Under the pieces are notes generated by a model, which was given only the letters and a program-made list of their open reading frames with translations, searched no databases and was not told the DNA's origin. Below are positions 28,048 through 39,036 of a stretch of 64,000 nucleotides of DNA, piece after piece. The stretch comes from an uncultured Rhodohalobacter sp. Its GTDB lineage: Bacteria > Bacteroidota > Rhodothermia > Balneolales > Balneolaceae. The stretch lies in the NCBI GenBank assembly GCA_964644975.1, contig CAZXYQ010000002.1, positions 5,570-69,569 of the forward strand, read 5' to 3'. Positions within the stretch are counted from its first letter, which is position 1. Every line of letters begins with the position of its first letter. The translations under genes and the position numbers were made by a program.

Positions 28048-29370
28048 TCAGGAGTTTTCAAAAAAGTTATTGGTTTGAATAAGGCGGTAGTAGAATCGAT
28101 TAGGATCCCTAAAATACACAAATGCGTGGTATTCTTGCTGTGTTCGGGTAAATGAATCATCCAGCGCTAGATCTTTGATTTCATTATTTTCTATCAACAT
28201 AAATTTGTAAGCATACGTGCCTGTTTTAATGAACCCATTTGTTCTCCATCGGTCCGTTTCCGGATGATACTCAAGTGCATAATTAGACTGAATAGACCAG
28301 TTGTTAAAATCACCGACAAGATAGATGGATGCATTTTCAGAGATGCGGTCATCCGGGTTAAATCGGAAGTTTACATTTGCGTAACGTGCGGAGAGTTCGG
28401 TCTCGGGTTTTGTAAGCTGAGAGCCCGGCACCCTCATTCTTGAAGCAGAAAATCCCTGGACATCATCAAAAAGAATAACTCTGGGTGGAATTTCTGTTGG
28501 CCTGTACTCCAGTATTTGAGAGGCCTGCTGCGTTAATTCCGTTAAGTCTAAAAATTGAAATTCGTAGTCACCGACAAATGAATGTTCTTGTCTCATTTCG
28601 AACAACACTTCACCTTCTGTTGAGGTATCGAGCTCATTAGCAGATTGGGCACGGCCCCAAAACTGGTTTTGAACGTAGTAAAATTCAAGATCGAACTGTG
28701 GAGTGGAAACAAAATCGGGAAGTTCAAAAATGCTTCTTGGCCTGTGGGAAATCCGGCCTTCAGCCCGTGGAGTTGTCCTCGTTTCAACCTGTGAACGTAT
28801 GGAACCCTCGTTTTCCGTTACGAAAAACGGTATAGAAAACATGAAATTTCCGGTATCGGCATCTTCAACACGGAGCATGTAGTTGCCGCTTACGAGAAAG
28901 GTTATATCGTCATTCGGGAAATCGTAGCTGTAGCGCCGATAGGTCGGGCGAGTGGCTCTGCTTACACCGCCGACAGGTATATTCAAATTAAACAGGCCAT
29001 CCCGGTAAAAATCTTCAGCTAGTCCGGAACGGCTCCAATCGGGATTATGGTGCGTAAAAGATATTCTAAGCTGGCGGGAATCAAATTCCAATAGGTCAAA
29101 AGACAGTCGAAGCTGTTGAGAGGAATTCAGTTGTATAATGGGGGCGGAGTTTACGCTGCTCACCCGATTTAACAGTACGGAATAGACAAGGTCGCTCGCA
29201 TTTATTTGACCGGGGACCGTGAACTGGTTTTCAGGGGGGGTGAACTCTCCGGGGCGGGCTTCACTATACCGGTTACCATTCTCTGATGTACCGCAGCCTG
29301 CCGTTAAGAGAAACAGAATGACTACAACTGACAGTTTAAAAATAAAATCGTCCTTCAAAAACAAAAGCAA
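28048..29370 (-). CDS. DUF5103-like (T9SS-associated) lipoprotein
   Basis: LTAG-C lipobox; PIIQLN...LRLSFDLL, HHNPDW, SGNYMLRV, IYLVGDFNNW (CBM48-like C-terminal part). Start uncertain. Confidence 0.7.
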   Translation of the reverse strand: MLLFLKDDFIFKLSVVVILFLLTAGCGTSENGNRYSEARPGEFTPPENQFTVPGQINASDLVYSVLLNRVSSVNSAPIIQLNSSQQLRLSFDLLEFDSRQLRISFTHHNPDWSRSGLAEDFYRDGLFNLNIPVGGVSRATRPTYRRYSYDFPNDDITFLVSGNYMLRVEDADTGNFMFSIPFFVTENEGSIRSQVETRTTPRAEGRISHRPRSIFELPDFVSTPQFDLEFYYVQNQFWGRAQSANELDTSTEGEVLFEMRQEHSFVGDYEFQFLDLTELTQQASQILEYRPTEIPPRVILFDDVQGFSASRMRVPGSQLTKPETELSARYANVNFRFNPDDRISENASIYLVGDFNNWSIQSNYALEYHPETDRWRTNGFIKTGTYAYKFMLIENNEIKDLALDDSFTRTQQEYHAFVYFRDPNRFYYRLIQTNNFFENS

Positions 29371-30166
29371 TGGGCCCTTCGAGTTTTATAGATGAATAGC
29401 TCTTACTCTTTTCTGAGAACGAAAATTCAACAAAAAGAGTACCTCCTTTTACATTTATTTTATACCGGTATTCACCCGATGATCCGTTTTGAATATGGTG
29501 CCAGGCCAGGGCAGAGGCAATGGCTCCGGTTCCGCATGCCAGGGTAAGGTTTTCAACACCGCGTTCATAAGTCTGAAGCGAAAGCTGATTGGAATCCGTT
29601 CCTGAAATAAAGTTTACGTTTGTCCCTATCGGCATAAAATGATTATGCTGCCGCAAAAGCCGACCTTTTTTTATAAGTTTTTTCTCTTTACCCAGTTCAG
29701 CTTTTGGTACTGAACATACAATATGCTCTGTATTTGTATAGACGTCAAGGCATTCCACACCATCCAGAATGAGAAGTTTAACCGTTGTCTCAAGCGGAAA
29801 ATGGATTGATACTGAACCGTTATTTACTGCCGCTCTGTAAATGTTATTGTGCACTCGAAAACTAAAAGAGGAAGGAGCGCCCAGTGTTACCGCAAATGAA
29901 GCGAAACATCGTGCTCCGTTTCCGCACATCCCGGCGTCACTTCCGTCGGGATTTTTATAGGTCATCACAAGATCAGCCTCTTTTGTATCATCGTAATTGA
30001 GCGCAATCACACCATCGGAACCTATTCCGAACTTTCGGTCACTCAGTTTGGGCGTGATGGTTTCAATCTGTTTGTCGGTAAGCTGGAGGCTTCTGTTGTC
30101 GAACAGCACAAAGTCGTTTCCTGCACCGTGCATTTTCACAAAAGTGAGCGGATCATTTGTCTCCAT
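29336..30166 (-). CDS. dapF: Diaminopimelate epimerase
   Basis: FVKMHGAGNDF, NPDGSDAGMCGNGARC, TYERGVENLTLACGTGA. Confidence 0.96.
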   Translation of the reverse strand: METNDPLTFVKMHGAGNDFVLFDNRSLQLTDKQIETITPKLSDRKFGIGSDGVIALNYDDTKEADLVMTYKNPDGSDAGMCGNGARCFASFAVTLGAPSSFSFRVHNNIYRAAVNNGSVSIHFPLETTVKLLILDGVECLDVYTNTEHIVCSVPKAELGKEKKLIKKGRLLRQHNHFMPIGTNVNFISGTDSNQLSLQTYERGVENLTLACGTGAIASALAWHHIQNGSSGEYRYKINVKGGTLFVEFSFSEKSKSYSSIKLEGPIAFVFEGRFYF

Positions 30167-30168
30167 AG

Positions 30169-31371
30169 TTAAGAATCACTGAATGCAGGCAGATGCTGCC
30201 AGGGTGTTTTGTTTGATATGAATGGGTCATTTCCGCGCATTAAGTTTCCATAGCGGAATGCCAGGGAGGTAAAGATAAGTTTAAATTGAACATTTTGGTA
30301 AAAAAGCTGCTTTAGTTTGTGCAGCTCTTCAATCATTACCTCCAGCCTGGCATCTTTCAGGGCTGTACAAAACTTTTCAATCACTTCCAGCTGATCAATA
30401 TTAGTGAGCAGATCCCGGTTTTGTGTCTCCCGGTAGATCATGATATCACGAAGCAACAGCTCTAATGTGTTACTAAGAGCAATTTGACCCTCCAGATTTA
30501 ACCTGGACTGCCATCCTTCAACAAGGGGCACGAGCGACGGAGCATCCTGAGTGTAAGCGTACCTCAGAAAATCAACGGTCTCTTCTCTGGTTTTTTGGAG
30601 CTCTTTGAGATCCATATACCTGCAGAAAGCGTAGTTACCGCCCGAAACTCTGGCAAGGAAATCAGCGTCGTCACGGTTATAGTCATCGAATTTCACCAAT
30701 CCGTCAGAAATCTCCTGTCGGGTGAGCGGAGCCAGTCGTATTTGCTGGCATCTCGACATAATCGTGGGAAGCAGCTGGTCGGTTTTATCGGCTGTCAGTA
30801 TAAACATCACATTGCCTGCCGGTTCCTCCAGCAGCTTCAAGAAAGCATTTGCAGCCTCTTTTCGCATCGTGTCTATACCGGTGATCACCATAATGGTTCT
30901 GCGTCCTTCATTTGGCTTGAGAACGGTTTTCGGGCGGATCTCATCGCGGTAGTAATCAATAAAATAAAAAGCTCGCTTATTTTTTGAGCTGGAGTCGTTT
31001 TTGAGATCGGGTCGGAGGCTGAAATCTACAATTTCATACGGATCTTCAGAGAGCAGTTTTAGACGATCGTTCAGCTCTGTAGTTCCGGCTGATGTTGGCA
31101 GCGGAATGAACAGATGAATATCGGGGTGAGTGTACCAGCTCGATTTTTTGCTGCTTGCGCTGCCTTTCAAATCGGTCAGGTGATCCACTCCATTTATCGC
31201 TTCTGCCATAGCAAGAGCAAAAGCTGTTTTGCCGGATCCCTGGGGTCCTGTAATTAAATAGGCGTGACTTAACCGTTCCGATTGAAAAATTTTCCCGACC
31301 TGATCCAGTGCGTGAGCCTGTCCTACAATCCGGCGATCACCCAGCGTAATATAATTTTCAATAATTGGCAT
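30169..31371 (-). CDS. holB: DNA polymerase III subunit delta'
   Basis: HAYLITGPQGSGKT, HPDIH, AANAFLKLLEEP, LLPTIMSRCQ. Confidence 0.9.
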   Translation of the reverse strand: MPIIENYITLGDRRIVGQAHALDQVGKIFQSERLSHAYLITGPQGSGKTAFALAMAEAINGVDHLTDLKGSASSKKSSWYTHPDIHLFIPLPTSAGTTELNDRLKLLSEDPYEIVDFSLRPDLKNDSSSKNKRAFYFIDYYRDEIRPKTVLKPNEGRRTIMVITGIDTMRKEAANAFLKLLEEPAGNVMFILTADKTDQLLPTIMSRCQQIRLAPLTRQEISDGLVKFDDYNRDDADFLARVSGGNYAFCRYMDLKELQKTREETVDFLRYAYTQDAPSLVPLVEGWQSRLNLEGQIALSNTLELLLRDIMIYRETQNRDLLTNIDQLEVIEKFCTALKDARLEVMIEELHKLKQLFYQNVQFKLIFTSLAFRYGNLMRGNDPFISNKTPWQHLPAFSDS

Positions 31372-32033
31372 TAATCCTCCCAGATAAAGTCAAAAAGTAT
31401 AATTCCAGCACTGATCGTTACGCCGCAAAATCCAACAAGTGCGGCAAGGTCGTTAAGTGATCCTGCAGTAGACCCTTCGATCAAAGCGGTCTTTGTAACG
31501 GATGTTAATATAAGAAGCAGTGGCACAACAAGGGGGATACAAAGAACAGAAAATACAGCACCGCGCCTGTCAGCCTGTGCAATCATAGCGGAGGTGAGTG
31601 TGGTGACCCCGGCCAAGCCTGCGGCTCCAAAAACCAGTGCCGACACCAGGTAGGGCAAGCTGGCAATAGGCATTCCCATCATTATGATGTAAAAGAAAAA
31701 AGTGAAAAGATGAAGAACGAGCAGAAAAACAAAGTTATAAACCAGTTTGCCAGTAAATATTTCAGATGGATTTGCGTGCAATTTGAGAAGATCCCACGTT
31801 TTTTTATCTGCCTCATGCACAAAAGAACGCATCATTCCTGTCATCGCCGCAAAGAGTATAATGATCCATACGAGTCCGCTCTTTGGCGTTGGATCCATCT
31901 GGTCTGCACGCAGTGTAAATAAGATCAAAAGAAGCGATGCACCTGTAAATGCGAGAAGCGTATTCATAGCGTAACGCGTTCGCAGCTCAATGGCTACTTC
32001 TTTCCAAAATATAGATAGAGCAGGTTTTATCAT
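31371..32033 (-). CDS. ccmB: Heme exporter protein CcmB
   Basis: WKEVAIELR, GLVWIIILFA, RSFVHE, GKLVYN, LCIPLVVPLL; about 6 TM segments. Confidence 0.85.
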   Translation of the reverse strand: MIKPALSIFWKEVAIELRTRYAMNTLLAFTGASLLLILFTLRADQMDPTPKSGLVWIIILFAAMTGMMRSFVHEADKKTWDLLKLHANPSEIFTGKLVYNFVFLLVLHLFTFFFYIIMMGMPIASLPYLVSALVFGAAGLAGVTTLTSAMIAQADRRGAVFSVLCIPLVVPLLLILTSVTKTALIEGSTAGSLNDLAALVGFCGVTISAGIILFDFIWED

Positions 32034-32266
32034 CTGTATATGATCATTTCTTGCATTCCATAAGGTAGGAAAAAAGTGAGGGGAGGTTGAAGAAGTTTTT
32101 CATTTTTATCAATCACCAGATATGCTAAAGAGCTAATCGTTATAAACAAATAAATCGGGTTGCCATTAAATAATTTCTTTGTGAATATACGGGGTTAAAG
32201 GTATTTACCTCTGTTCAGTTAATAATAACGTATCTGAATCGGTTTAAAACTTCTCCCAATCCTAAC

Positions 32267-32333
32267 AGGATTTCTCATCTGTTGAGGGGCCCATTATTTG
32301 GAAAAGCAGCGCAAGCGCAGCAAAATTCAGACG
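32267..32333 (+). repeat. Dispersed ~65-bp intergenic repeat, copy 1 (core GCAGCGCAAGCGCAG)
   Basis: Aligns by eye with the reverse complement of 63571-63636, sharing CTCA..AGGGGC.CAT..TTTG..GCAGCGCAAGCGCAG..AAATT.AGA. Confidence 0.65.
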
Positions 32334-32548
32334 TGTTTCCAATCTGTTTTCGACATTCCAATGAACATCTCCGCTACTTCGGAAAGTTTCGTTGGTAATC
32401 TCCATCTCACTGGCGCAAAAAATCGGGGCACTTTCACAACGCAAACTTTTTTGGTCGTAACTTGAGAATCTGTAGTAAGAAATTTAGCTGATTTACCCTT
32501 ATCTTCTTGTCGCCTCGATTAACCTTTTTTATACGGCAGTACAGATTT

Positions 32549-33019
32549 ATGGATATATATTCTCTTCTCAACCGCTCAAGCATAGCGGCAGGTTTAAAAG
32601 CGGAAGATAAAAGCGATCTGATTAACGAACTTGTGGATCTTCTGGAGCCTCAAGTGGGTGAGGGACAGCTCGAGAAAATCAGAGAGTCGGTTTTTGAAAG
32701 AGAGCAGATCATGTCTACAGGAGTAGGCAAGCAGCTTGCTATTCCGCATGGTAAGTGTTCCGGAATTGAGAATATTCTCGCGAGTTTTGCAGTGCTTGAT
32801 AAACCTGTTGATTTTGATTCTATTGATAATGAGCCGGTAAAACTTGTTTTTTTACTGGTGGGTCCCAATAGTAAATCAAGCACTCATATCAAGCTATTGA
32901 GTCGTATATCCAGGCTTATGAACAGCGCATCTTTCAGGGAAAAACTTGTTCAGTGTACAACGGCCGATCAAATTTTTGAAGCATTTCAAAACGAAGAGAT
33001 CGAATATTTCGGAAAATAA
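32549..33019 (+). CDS. PTS EIIA (fructose/nitrogen-type, PtsN-like)
   Basis: EREQIMSTGVGKQLAIPHG (phosphorylatable His), VDFDSIDNEPVKLVFLL. Confidence 0.9.
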   Translation: MDIYSLLNRSSIAAGLKAEDKSDLINELVDLLEPQVGEGQLEKIRESVFEREQIMSTGVGKQLAIPHGKCSGIENILASFAVLDKPVDFDSIDNEPVKLVFLLVGPNSKSSTHIKLLSRISRLMNSASFREKLVQCTTADQIFEAFQNEEIEYFGK

Positions 33020-33026
33020 TGTGACT

Positions 33027-34487
33027 ATGCCCACCAGAATTTTATCAAACGGCTTTATCTTTCTGGTATTATGGATCATGTTATCCGGTTCGCAAAGTGT
33101 TCTCGCACAGCAGACAGATCCTGTTCGTGATATTATCAACCAAAGTCACGCAGCCAGTTCATTCTGGTCTATAATGATACGAGGCTCTGACAATGACGTG
33201 CTCTATGAGTACAATAGTGATAAGCTGATTCGCCCCGCATCCAACCTTAAACTGATATCTTCAGCCGCATACCTGGAACTCATTGGTGAAGATCATCAAT
33301 TCGAAACGACACTCTATGGTACGGGTGAAAAAATTGGCAACCGTTGGGCCGGCGATTTGTACATTAAAGGCAGTGGAGATCCATCTATAAATGGTGAAGC
33401 CTACGATGACCCTCTCTTTCTGTTTGAGCGCTGGTTCAGAGTTCTGTCAGAGATGGGGATAGAGGTTGTAGATGGAAACATTATTGGCCACGATGGGCTC
33501 TTCGACGATATACCGTACCCAAGAGGCTGGGAGTGGGATGATCTGAGCTACTACTACGCACCTGAAATCAGCGCATTATCGTTCAATATGAACGTTGTTG
33601 ACCTTGAGGTTTTGGCTGATGGTGCCCCCGGATCAACGCCAACGATATCCTGGTTTCCTTTTAACACGCCGTATGTGCAGTTCATAAATGAACAACGGAT
33701 TACTCCTCGCGGCACACGCTTTGATGAGTCGTACAGGAGAGAACTTGGAAGCAACAGAATCTACCTGCGAAGTACTCTGCCGGCTGGATATTATGAAACA
33801 GAACCACTGAGTATTCATAATCCTTCACTCTATTTTATTGATACCTTTAAAAGGTACATGGAACGCCAGGGAATTCAGGTACGGGGGCAGCTCCTTATTT
33901 CCAAAGAGCACGTTAACTGGAATGCCCCGGGATTCACAAAAATCGACAGTCATCTTTCTGAACCTCTTTACACAATGATCAAAAGGTTAAATCAAGAGAG
34001 CGATAATTTTTATGCCGAAATGCTTCTAAAATATACCGCAGCAAATGAATACGGCGTTCAGGGGTCTACAGAACTGGGACTTACTTTGTTGAAAGATTTT
34101 ATGAATTCAAACGGATTTGATCCAGCCTCAATTATGCTCAGAGATGCATCAGGCATGGCACCGGCAACTCTTGTTAAAACATCTGAACTGAATCAGTTTC
34201 TCTATAATATCCAATCCAAACCGTACTTCGGTATATATCATGAAAGTTTATCGGTGGGTGGCCAAAACGGAACCCTAATGTACCGTTTTGGCAGCAGCCC
34301 CGTGGGAAATCGGTTTCGTGGTAAAACAGGTTTTTTATCCGGCGTCAGATCTCTTAGCGGATACCTTGAAACGACCAATGGTGAGGTACTGGTTGTTACC
34401 ATTGCAACGAATAACTATACTGTGCGCACCACGGTTGTGGATCTGATTCACGAGCGTATCTTGAATTATTTGTACAAGAACTATTGA
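33027..34487 (+). CDS. dacB: D-Ala-D-Ala carboxypeptidase/endopeptidase PBP4 (peptidase S13)
   Basis: PASNLKL (SxxK), GSGDPS, SDNFYAE, DASGM, KTG. Confidence 0.92.
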   Translation: MPTRILSNGFIFLVLWIMLSGSQSVLAQQTDPVRDIINQSHAASSFWSIMIRGSDNDVLYEYNSDKLIRPASNLKLISSAAYLELIGEDHQFETTLYGTGEKIGNRWAGDLYIKGSGDPSINGEAYDDPLFLFERWFRVLSEMGIEVVDGNIIGHDGLFDDIPYPRGWEWDDLSYYYAPEISALSFNMNVVDLEVLADGAPGSTPTISWFPFNTPYVQFINEQRITPRGTRFDESYRRELGSNRIYLRSTLPAGYYETEPLSIHNPSLYFIDTFKRYMERQGIQVRGQLLISKEHVNWNAPGFTKIDSHLSEPLYTMIKRLNQESDNFYAEMLLKYTAANEYGVQGSTELGLTLLKDFMNSNGFDPASIMLRDASGMAPATLVKTSELNQFLYNIQSKPYFGIYHESLSVGGQNGTLMYRFGSSPVGNRFRGKTGFLSGVRSLSGYLETTNGEVLVVTIATNNYTVRTTVVDLIHERILNYLYKNY

Positions 34488-34490
34488 ATC

Positions 34491-35864
34491 ATGGCAGAAA
34501 AAAAACCTACTATCCTCGTTACTGACGATGAGAAAAGCATTCGAAACAGCTTAAGAGAAATACTCGAATTTGAGCAGTATCGGGTACTTGAAGCAGATGG
34601 CGGAGAAAATGCATTACATCAGGTTAAGAATGAGAATATTGATTTGATGATCCTGGATATAAAAATGAAAGGGATGGACGGCATTGAGGTGCTGGAAAAA
34701 GTAAAGGAGCTGAATTCAGACCTGCCTGTCATTATGATTAGCGGTCACGGCACTATTAAGATTGCGGTGCAGGCAACTAAAATCGGAGCATTTGATTTTA
34801 TTGAGAAGCCACCAGACTTAAACCGTTTGTTAATTAGTGTGCGTAATGCATTGTCTCGCAATAAGCTTGTGGAAGAAAACAAGAGGATTCGAACAGAACT
34901 AAACGATGTACGCGAAATGAAAGGGGAGAGTCCTGCAATGGGTCGTATTAAAAAAACGATCGACAAAGTGGCTCCCAGCACAAGCCGCGTACTCATCACC
35001 GGCGAGAACGGAACAGGTAAAGAGCTTGTGGCAAAATGGATTCATGAAAAAAGTAAACGCGCATCCCAAAAATTTATTGATGTCAATTGCGCTGCCATAC
35101 CAACTGAACTGCTCGAAAGTGAACTTTTTGGACATGAAAAGGGTGCCTTTACAGGGGCATCTTCACAGCGAATCGGGAAATTTGAACAGGCAGACGGAGG
35201 AACGCTTTTTCTTGATGAAATTGGGGATATGAGTCCGGATGCGCAATCTAAGGTATTGAGAGTGCTCCAGGAAAATCAAATCACCAGGGTAGGAGGAAAC
35301 GAACGAATTGAAGTGGATGTGCGACTTATTTGTGCTACCAACCGTGATCTGGAAAAAGAGATCCGCGAAAACCGATTCAGGGAAGATCTCTTTCATAGAA
35401 TCAATGTTATACCTATAAAATTGCCGCCACTGCGTGAACGCAGAGAAGATATACCAATTCTTGCAAAGTGGTTCCTGTCTGAGCTGGCTGAAAAAGAGAT
35501 TATATATGCCGGTAAATCCTTTACCGATGACGCACTTGAAGAACTCAAGTCACTTACCTGGTCGGGTAATATCAGGGAGCTTCAAAATGCCGTGGAACGT
35601 ATGGCGCTGTTGAGTGATGGAGATAAAATCGGGCGGGATGATGTAACACGTCTCGCCTCGATGAGTGGTGGAAGCCGTGCCAATTTGAATGAACTGGCGG
35701 ATCAGGCTCTTACCTTCCAGGAGTACAAAGAGAAGGCGGAGCGTTATTATCTGCTGCAAAAGCTCGAAGAGAACGACTGGAATGTGTCTGCCACGGCTGA
35801 TGCCATCGATATTCAGCGGAGCCATATTTACAATAAAATGAAAAAATACGACATCGAACGATAA
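34491..35864 (+). CDS. Sigma-54-dependent response regulator (NtrX/NtrC family)
   Basis: Receiver domain (LDIKM, ISGHG), AAA+ (GENGTGKE, GAFTGA, LFLDEIGDM), C-terminal Fis HTH. Confidence 0.93.
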   Translation: MAEKKPTILVTDDEKSIRNSLREILEFEQYRVLEADGGENALHQVKNENIDLMILDIKMKGMDGIEVLEKVKELNSDLPVIMISGHGTIKIAVQATKIGAFDFIEKPPDLNRLLISVRNALSRNKLVEENKRIRTELNDVREMKGESPAMGRIKKTIDKVAPSTSRVLITGENGTGKELVAKWIHEKSKRASQKFIDVNCAAIPTELLESELFGHEKGAFTGASSQRIGKFEQADGGTLFLDEIGDMSPDAQSKVLRVLQENQITRVGGNERIEVDVRLICATNRDLEKEIRENRFREDLFHRINVIPIKLPPLRERREDIPILAKWFLSELAEKEIIYAGKSFTDDALEELKSLTWSGNIRELQNAVERMALLSDGDKIGRDDVTRLASMSGGSRANLNELADQALTFQEYKEKAERYYLLQKLEENDWNVSATADAIDIQRSHIYNKMKKYDIER

Positions 35865-35870
35865 AATATT

Positions 35871-36764
35871 ATGTCTGCACAACTTATAGATGGAATAAAA
35901 GTAGCTGAAATTACACGCGCTCAAATCCGCGAGGATGTAAAAAGCTGGATGGGCCAGGGGAACAGGGCTCCGTTTCTGCAAGTCATACAGGTAGGGAAGG
36001 ATCCCGCTTCTTCTACCTATATCGGTGCAAAAACAAGAGCCTGCAATGATGTAGGTATCGAAACGGGTACGGCGCACCTGGCCGACACCATTTCAGCTAA
36101 AGAACTGAAGCAGGAAATACGAAAATTCAATGAAAGCGAATCGGTCGACGGAATTTTAGTGCAGTTGCCTCTGCCGTCACACCTGTCGTCGCACGACGTG
36201 ATTGAAAGTATTAATCACAAAAAAGATGTGGATGGTTTTCACCCAATGAATGTTGGGCGGCTTGCGGTTGATCAGCCAACGTTTAAATCGTGCACTCCGG
36301 CCGGTATCTTCGAACTATTTAAGCACTACAGCATCCAGGTAAAAAGTAAACATGCCGTGGTAGTTGGAGCAAGTAACATTGTTGGCTCTCCTATGGCGAT
36401 TATGCTTTCAAGAGAAAACTCAGCTGGTAAAGCAACGACTACAATCTGCCACAAATATACCAAAGACATAACACGCCACACGATTGATGCGGATATACTG
36501 ATTGTAGCTGCAGGTCAGCCCGGCCTGATTAAAGCCGAAATGGTTAAAGAGGGCGTGGTAGTTATTGATGTTGGGATTAATCGCGTGGCAGATGAAAAAA
36601 CAAAAAAAGGTTATAAACTTGTTGGGGACTGCGATTTTGATGGACTCCGTGAAAAAGCGAGCTGGATTACTCCCGTGCCGGGTGGAGTCGGGCCTATGAC
36701 CGTAGCCATGCTTATGAAGAATACACTGCTCGCCGCTAAAAAATCGATTTACCCTGAACATTGA
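35871..36764 (+). CDS. folD: Bifunctional methylene-THF dehydrogenase/cyclohydrolase
   Basis: DGILVQLPLP, KDVDGFHP, CTPAGI, ITPVPGGVGPMT. Confidence 0.97.
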   Translation: MSAQLIDGIKVAEITRAQIREDVKSWMGQGNRAPFLQVIQVGKDPASSTYIGAKTRACNDVGIETGTAHLADTISAKELKQEIRKFNESESVDGILVQLPLPSHLSSHDVIESINHKKDVDGFHPMNVGRLAVDQPTFKSCTPAGIFELFKHYSIQVKSKHAVVVGASNIVGSPMAIMLSRENSAGKATTTICHKYTKDITRHTIDADILIVAAGQPGLIKAEMVKEGVVVIDVGINRVADEKTKKGYKLVGDCDFDGLREKASWITPVPGGVGPMTVAMLMKNTLLAAKKSIYPEH

Positions 36765-36802
36765 TCAACCGCTTTTAATCACAAAGAAACCTACTGACTC
36801 TC

Positions 36803-38920
36803 ATGAACCTAAAACTAATTTTAACAATAGCAGCCGCGGCAGTTTTTTTTGCCGCTTGTAACGATCAACACGATATGAGCAATAACCCCTTTTCTAAAGA
36901 AAGCACCCTGCCGTTTGAAGCACCTGACTTTAACGTAATTGACGACGAACACTACATGCCTGCTTTTACCGCCGGTATGAGAGAGCACCTGGATGAAATT
37001 GAACAAATTGCCAATAATCCTGCTGATCCCACTTTCGAAAATACCATCGTTGAGATGGAAAAAACAGGCAGGCTTCTTACACGGGTACAGCGGGTGTTTT
37101 TCAACATGACGTCCGCCCACACGAACGATAAAATCCAGGAGATTCAGACAGAACTCGCCCCGAAACTGGCGGCACACCGTGATGATATTCTATTGAACAG
37201 AAATCTGTTTGAACGAGTAGACCAGCTTCACGAAAATCGTCACGATCTCGGTTTAGATTCCGAATCATTGAAACTGCTCGAAGACACCCACCTCGATTTT
37301 GTGCGTGCCGGAGCCCGGCTGACCGATGAACAGCAGAGCCGCATGCGCCAAATCAATGAACGTATGTCAACGCTGACAACCAAATTTCAGGAAAAAGTTC
37401 TCGAGATGAGCAGAGAACGATCTGTTATCGTTGAGGATGAATCACTCCTGGAAGGATTAAGCAGCGACCGCATAGCATCGGCCCGTGAAGCCGCTGATAG
37501 AAGAGATGAAGAGGGTAAGTTTCTGATTTCGGTAAGTAATACTACCCGCCATCCGCTCCTGACATCATTGGATAACAGAGAGATGCGTCAGAGATTGTGG
37601 GAAGCATCGGCGCATCGAGGGATCGGTGAAGAGGGGGGAATCGACACCCGGCCAATCGTGCTTGAACTTTCTGAGCTTCGCGCTGAACGAGCATCTCTTT
37701 TAGGATACGGTAACTATGCTGAATATGCTCTTGAGCCTCAAACTGCCGGTCATCCCGACATTGTACTTGAGATGCTTAATGATTTAATTCCATCGGTTAT
37801 TGAAAATACTGAGCGTGAAAGTGAACTCATTACCGAAATGATGCGGCGCGATGGAATTGAGGGTGATCTGAAGCCCTGGGATTGGGAATATTACGCTGAA
37901 AAAGTACGAAGTGAACAGTACGATTTCGATGACAGTGAAGTTCGATCCTACTTTGAGCTGGACACAGTATTAAAGGAAGGCGTGTTTTATGCGATGGAAA
38001 AACTGTACGGTATTCGATTTGTTGAGCGTGATGATCTGCCGGTTTACCACCCGGATGTTCGTGTGTTTACCGTATATGACCGTGATGACTCTGAGCTGGG
38101 TCTGTTCTACGCAGATTTCTTCTCGCGCGACTCAAAAAGGGGAGGCGCATGGATGAGTTCGTTTGTGGTTCAGTCACATTTGCTGGATAAAAAACCGGTC
38201 GTGGTGAATGTGCTGAATATTACTCCACCGGCAGAGGGAGATCCCGCACTCATCAGCTTTGGAAATGCAACAACCATGTTTCATGAAATGGGACATGCTG
38301 TTCATGGGCTGTTTTCTGATGTCAGGTACCCGTCACTATCAGGAACGTCGGTTCCGCGCGATTTTGTGGAGTTCCCATCTACATTTGAAGAAGATTGGGC
38401 TATACTGCCTGAAGTGCTCGAAAATTATGCTGTACACTATGAAACCGGGGAAAGAATTCCTCAGGATCTGCTCGACAGGTTGATTGAAGCGCGTCAGTTT
38501 AACCAGGGTTTTGATACATATGAATATTTGGGTGCTACCATGGTTGATATGGAGTGGCACTTGCTAAGTGAAGGAGCCGGGCCGGATGATGTAGTCGATT
38601 TTGAAAATCGTTCACTTGAGAAATATGGATTAGACAATCCGGTTATACCACCGAGATATAAATCCCCTTACTTTTCGCACGTGTTCTCCGGTGGATATTC
38701 AGCAAACTATTATGCCTATATCTGGAGTGAAATTTTAGCCGCCGATGCATTTGCGTTTATGCAGGAACAGGGCGGCCTGACGCGTGAAAACGGCGATCGT
38801 TACAGAAAATATATTCTGTCACAGGGGGGAAGCCGTGAGGCGATGGAAATGTACAGAGACTTCAGAGGAGGAGACCCTGACGTGTCCAACCTTCTTAAAA
38901 GAAGAGGTTTAACGCCTTAA
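36803..38920 (+). CDS. dcp: M3-family peptidyl-dipeptidase Dcp, lipoprotein
   Basis: FAA-C lipobox; SKRGGAWM, FHEMGH (HExxH), RDFVEFPS, GGYSANYYAY. Confidence 0.92.
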   Translation: MNLKLILTIAAAAVFFAACNDQHDMSNNPFSKESTLPFEAPDFNVIDDEHYMPAFTAGMREHLDEIEQIANNPADPTFENTIVEMEKTGRLLTRVQRVFFNMTSAHTNDKIQEIQTELAPKLAAHRDDILLNRNLFERVDQLHENRHDLGLDSESLKLLEDTHLDFVRAGARLTDEQQSRMRQINERMSTLTTKFQEKVLEMSRERSVIVEDESLLEGLSSDRIASAREAADRRDEEGKFLISVSNTTRHPLLTSLDNREMRQRLWEASAHRGIGEEGGIDTRPIVLELSELRAERASLLGYGNYAEYALEPQTAGHPDIVLEMLNDLIPSVIENTERESELITEMMRRDGIEGDLKPWDWEYYAEKVRSEQYDFDDSEVRSYFELDTVLKEGVFYAMEKLYGIRFVERDDLPVYHPDVRVFTVYDRDDSELGLFYADFFSRDSKRGGAWMSSFVVQSHLLDKKPVVVNVLNITPPAEGDPALISFGNATTMFHEMGHAVHGLFSDVRYPSLSGTSVPRDFVEFPSTFEEDWAILPEVLENYAVHYETGERIPQDLLDRLIEARQFNQGFDTYEYLGATMVDMEWHLLSEGAGPDDVVDFENRSLEKYGLDNPVIPPRYKSPYFSHVFSGGYSANYYAYIWSEILAADAFAFMQEQGGLTRENGDRYRKYILSQGGSREAMEMYRDFRGGDPDVSNLLKRRGLTP

Positions 38921-39036
38921 TGTAGATGTTGATGATTGTAGCGCGTGGCTCCTGCCTCGCGCATCAATTTAATGAGTACGAGTTGCATTAAAGGCTGCGC
39001 CGTGGAACTGTTGAGTATCACGCATAGCGTGATGTT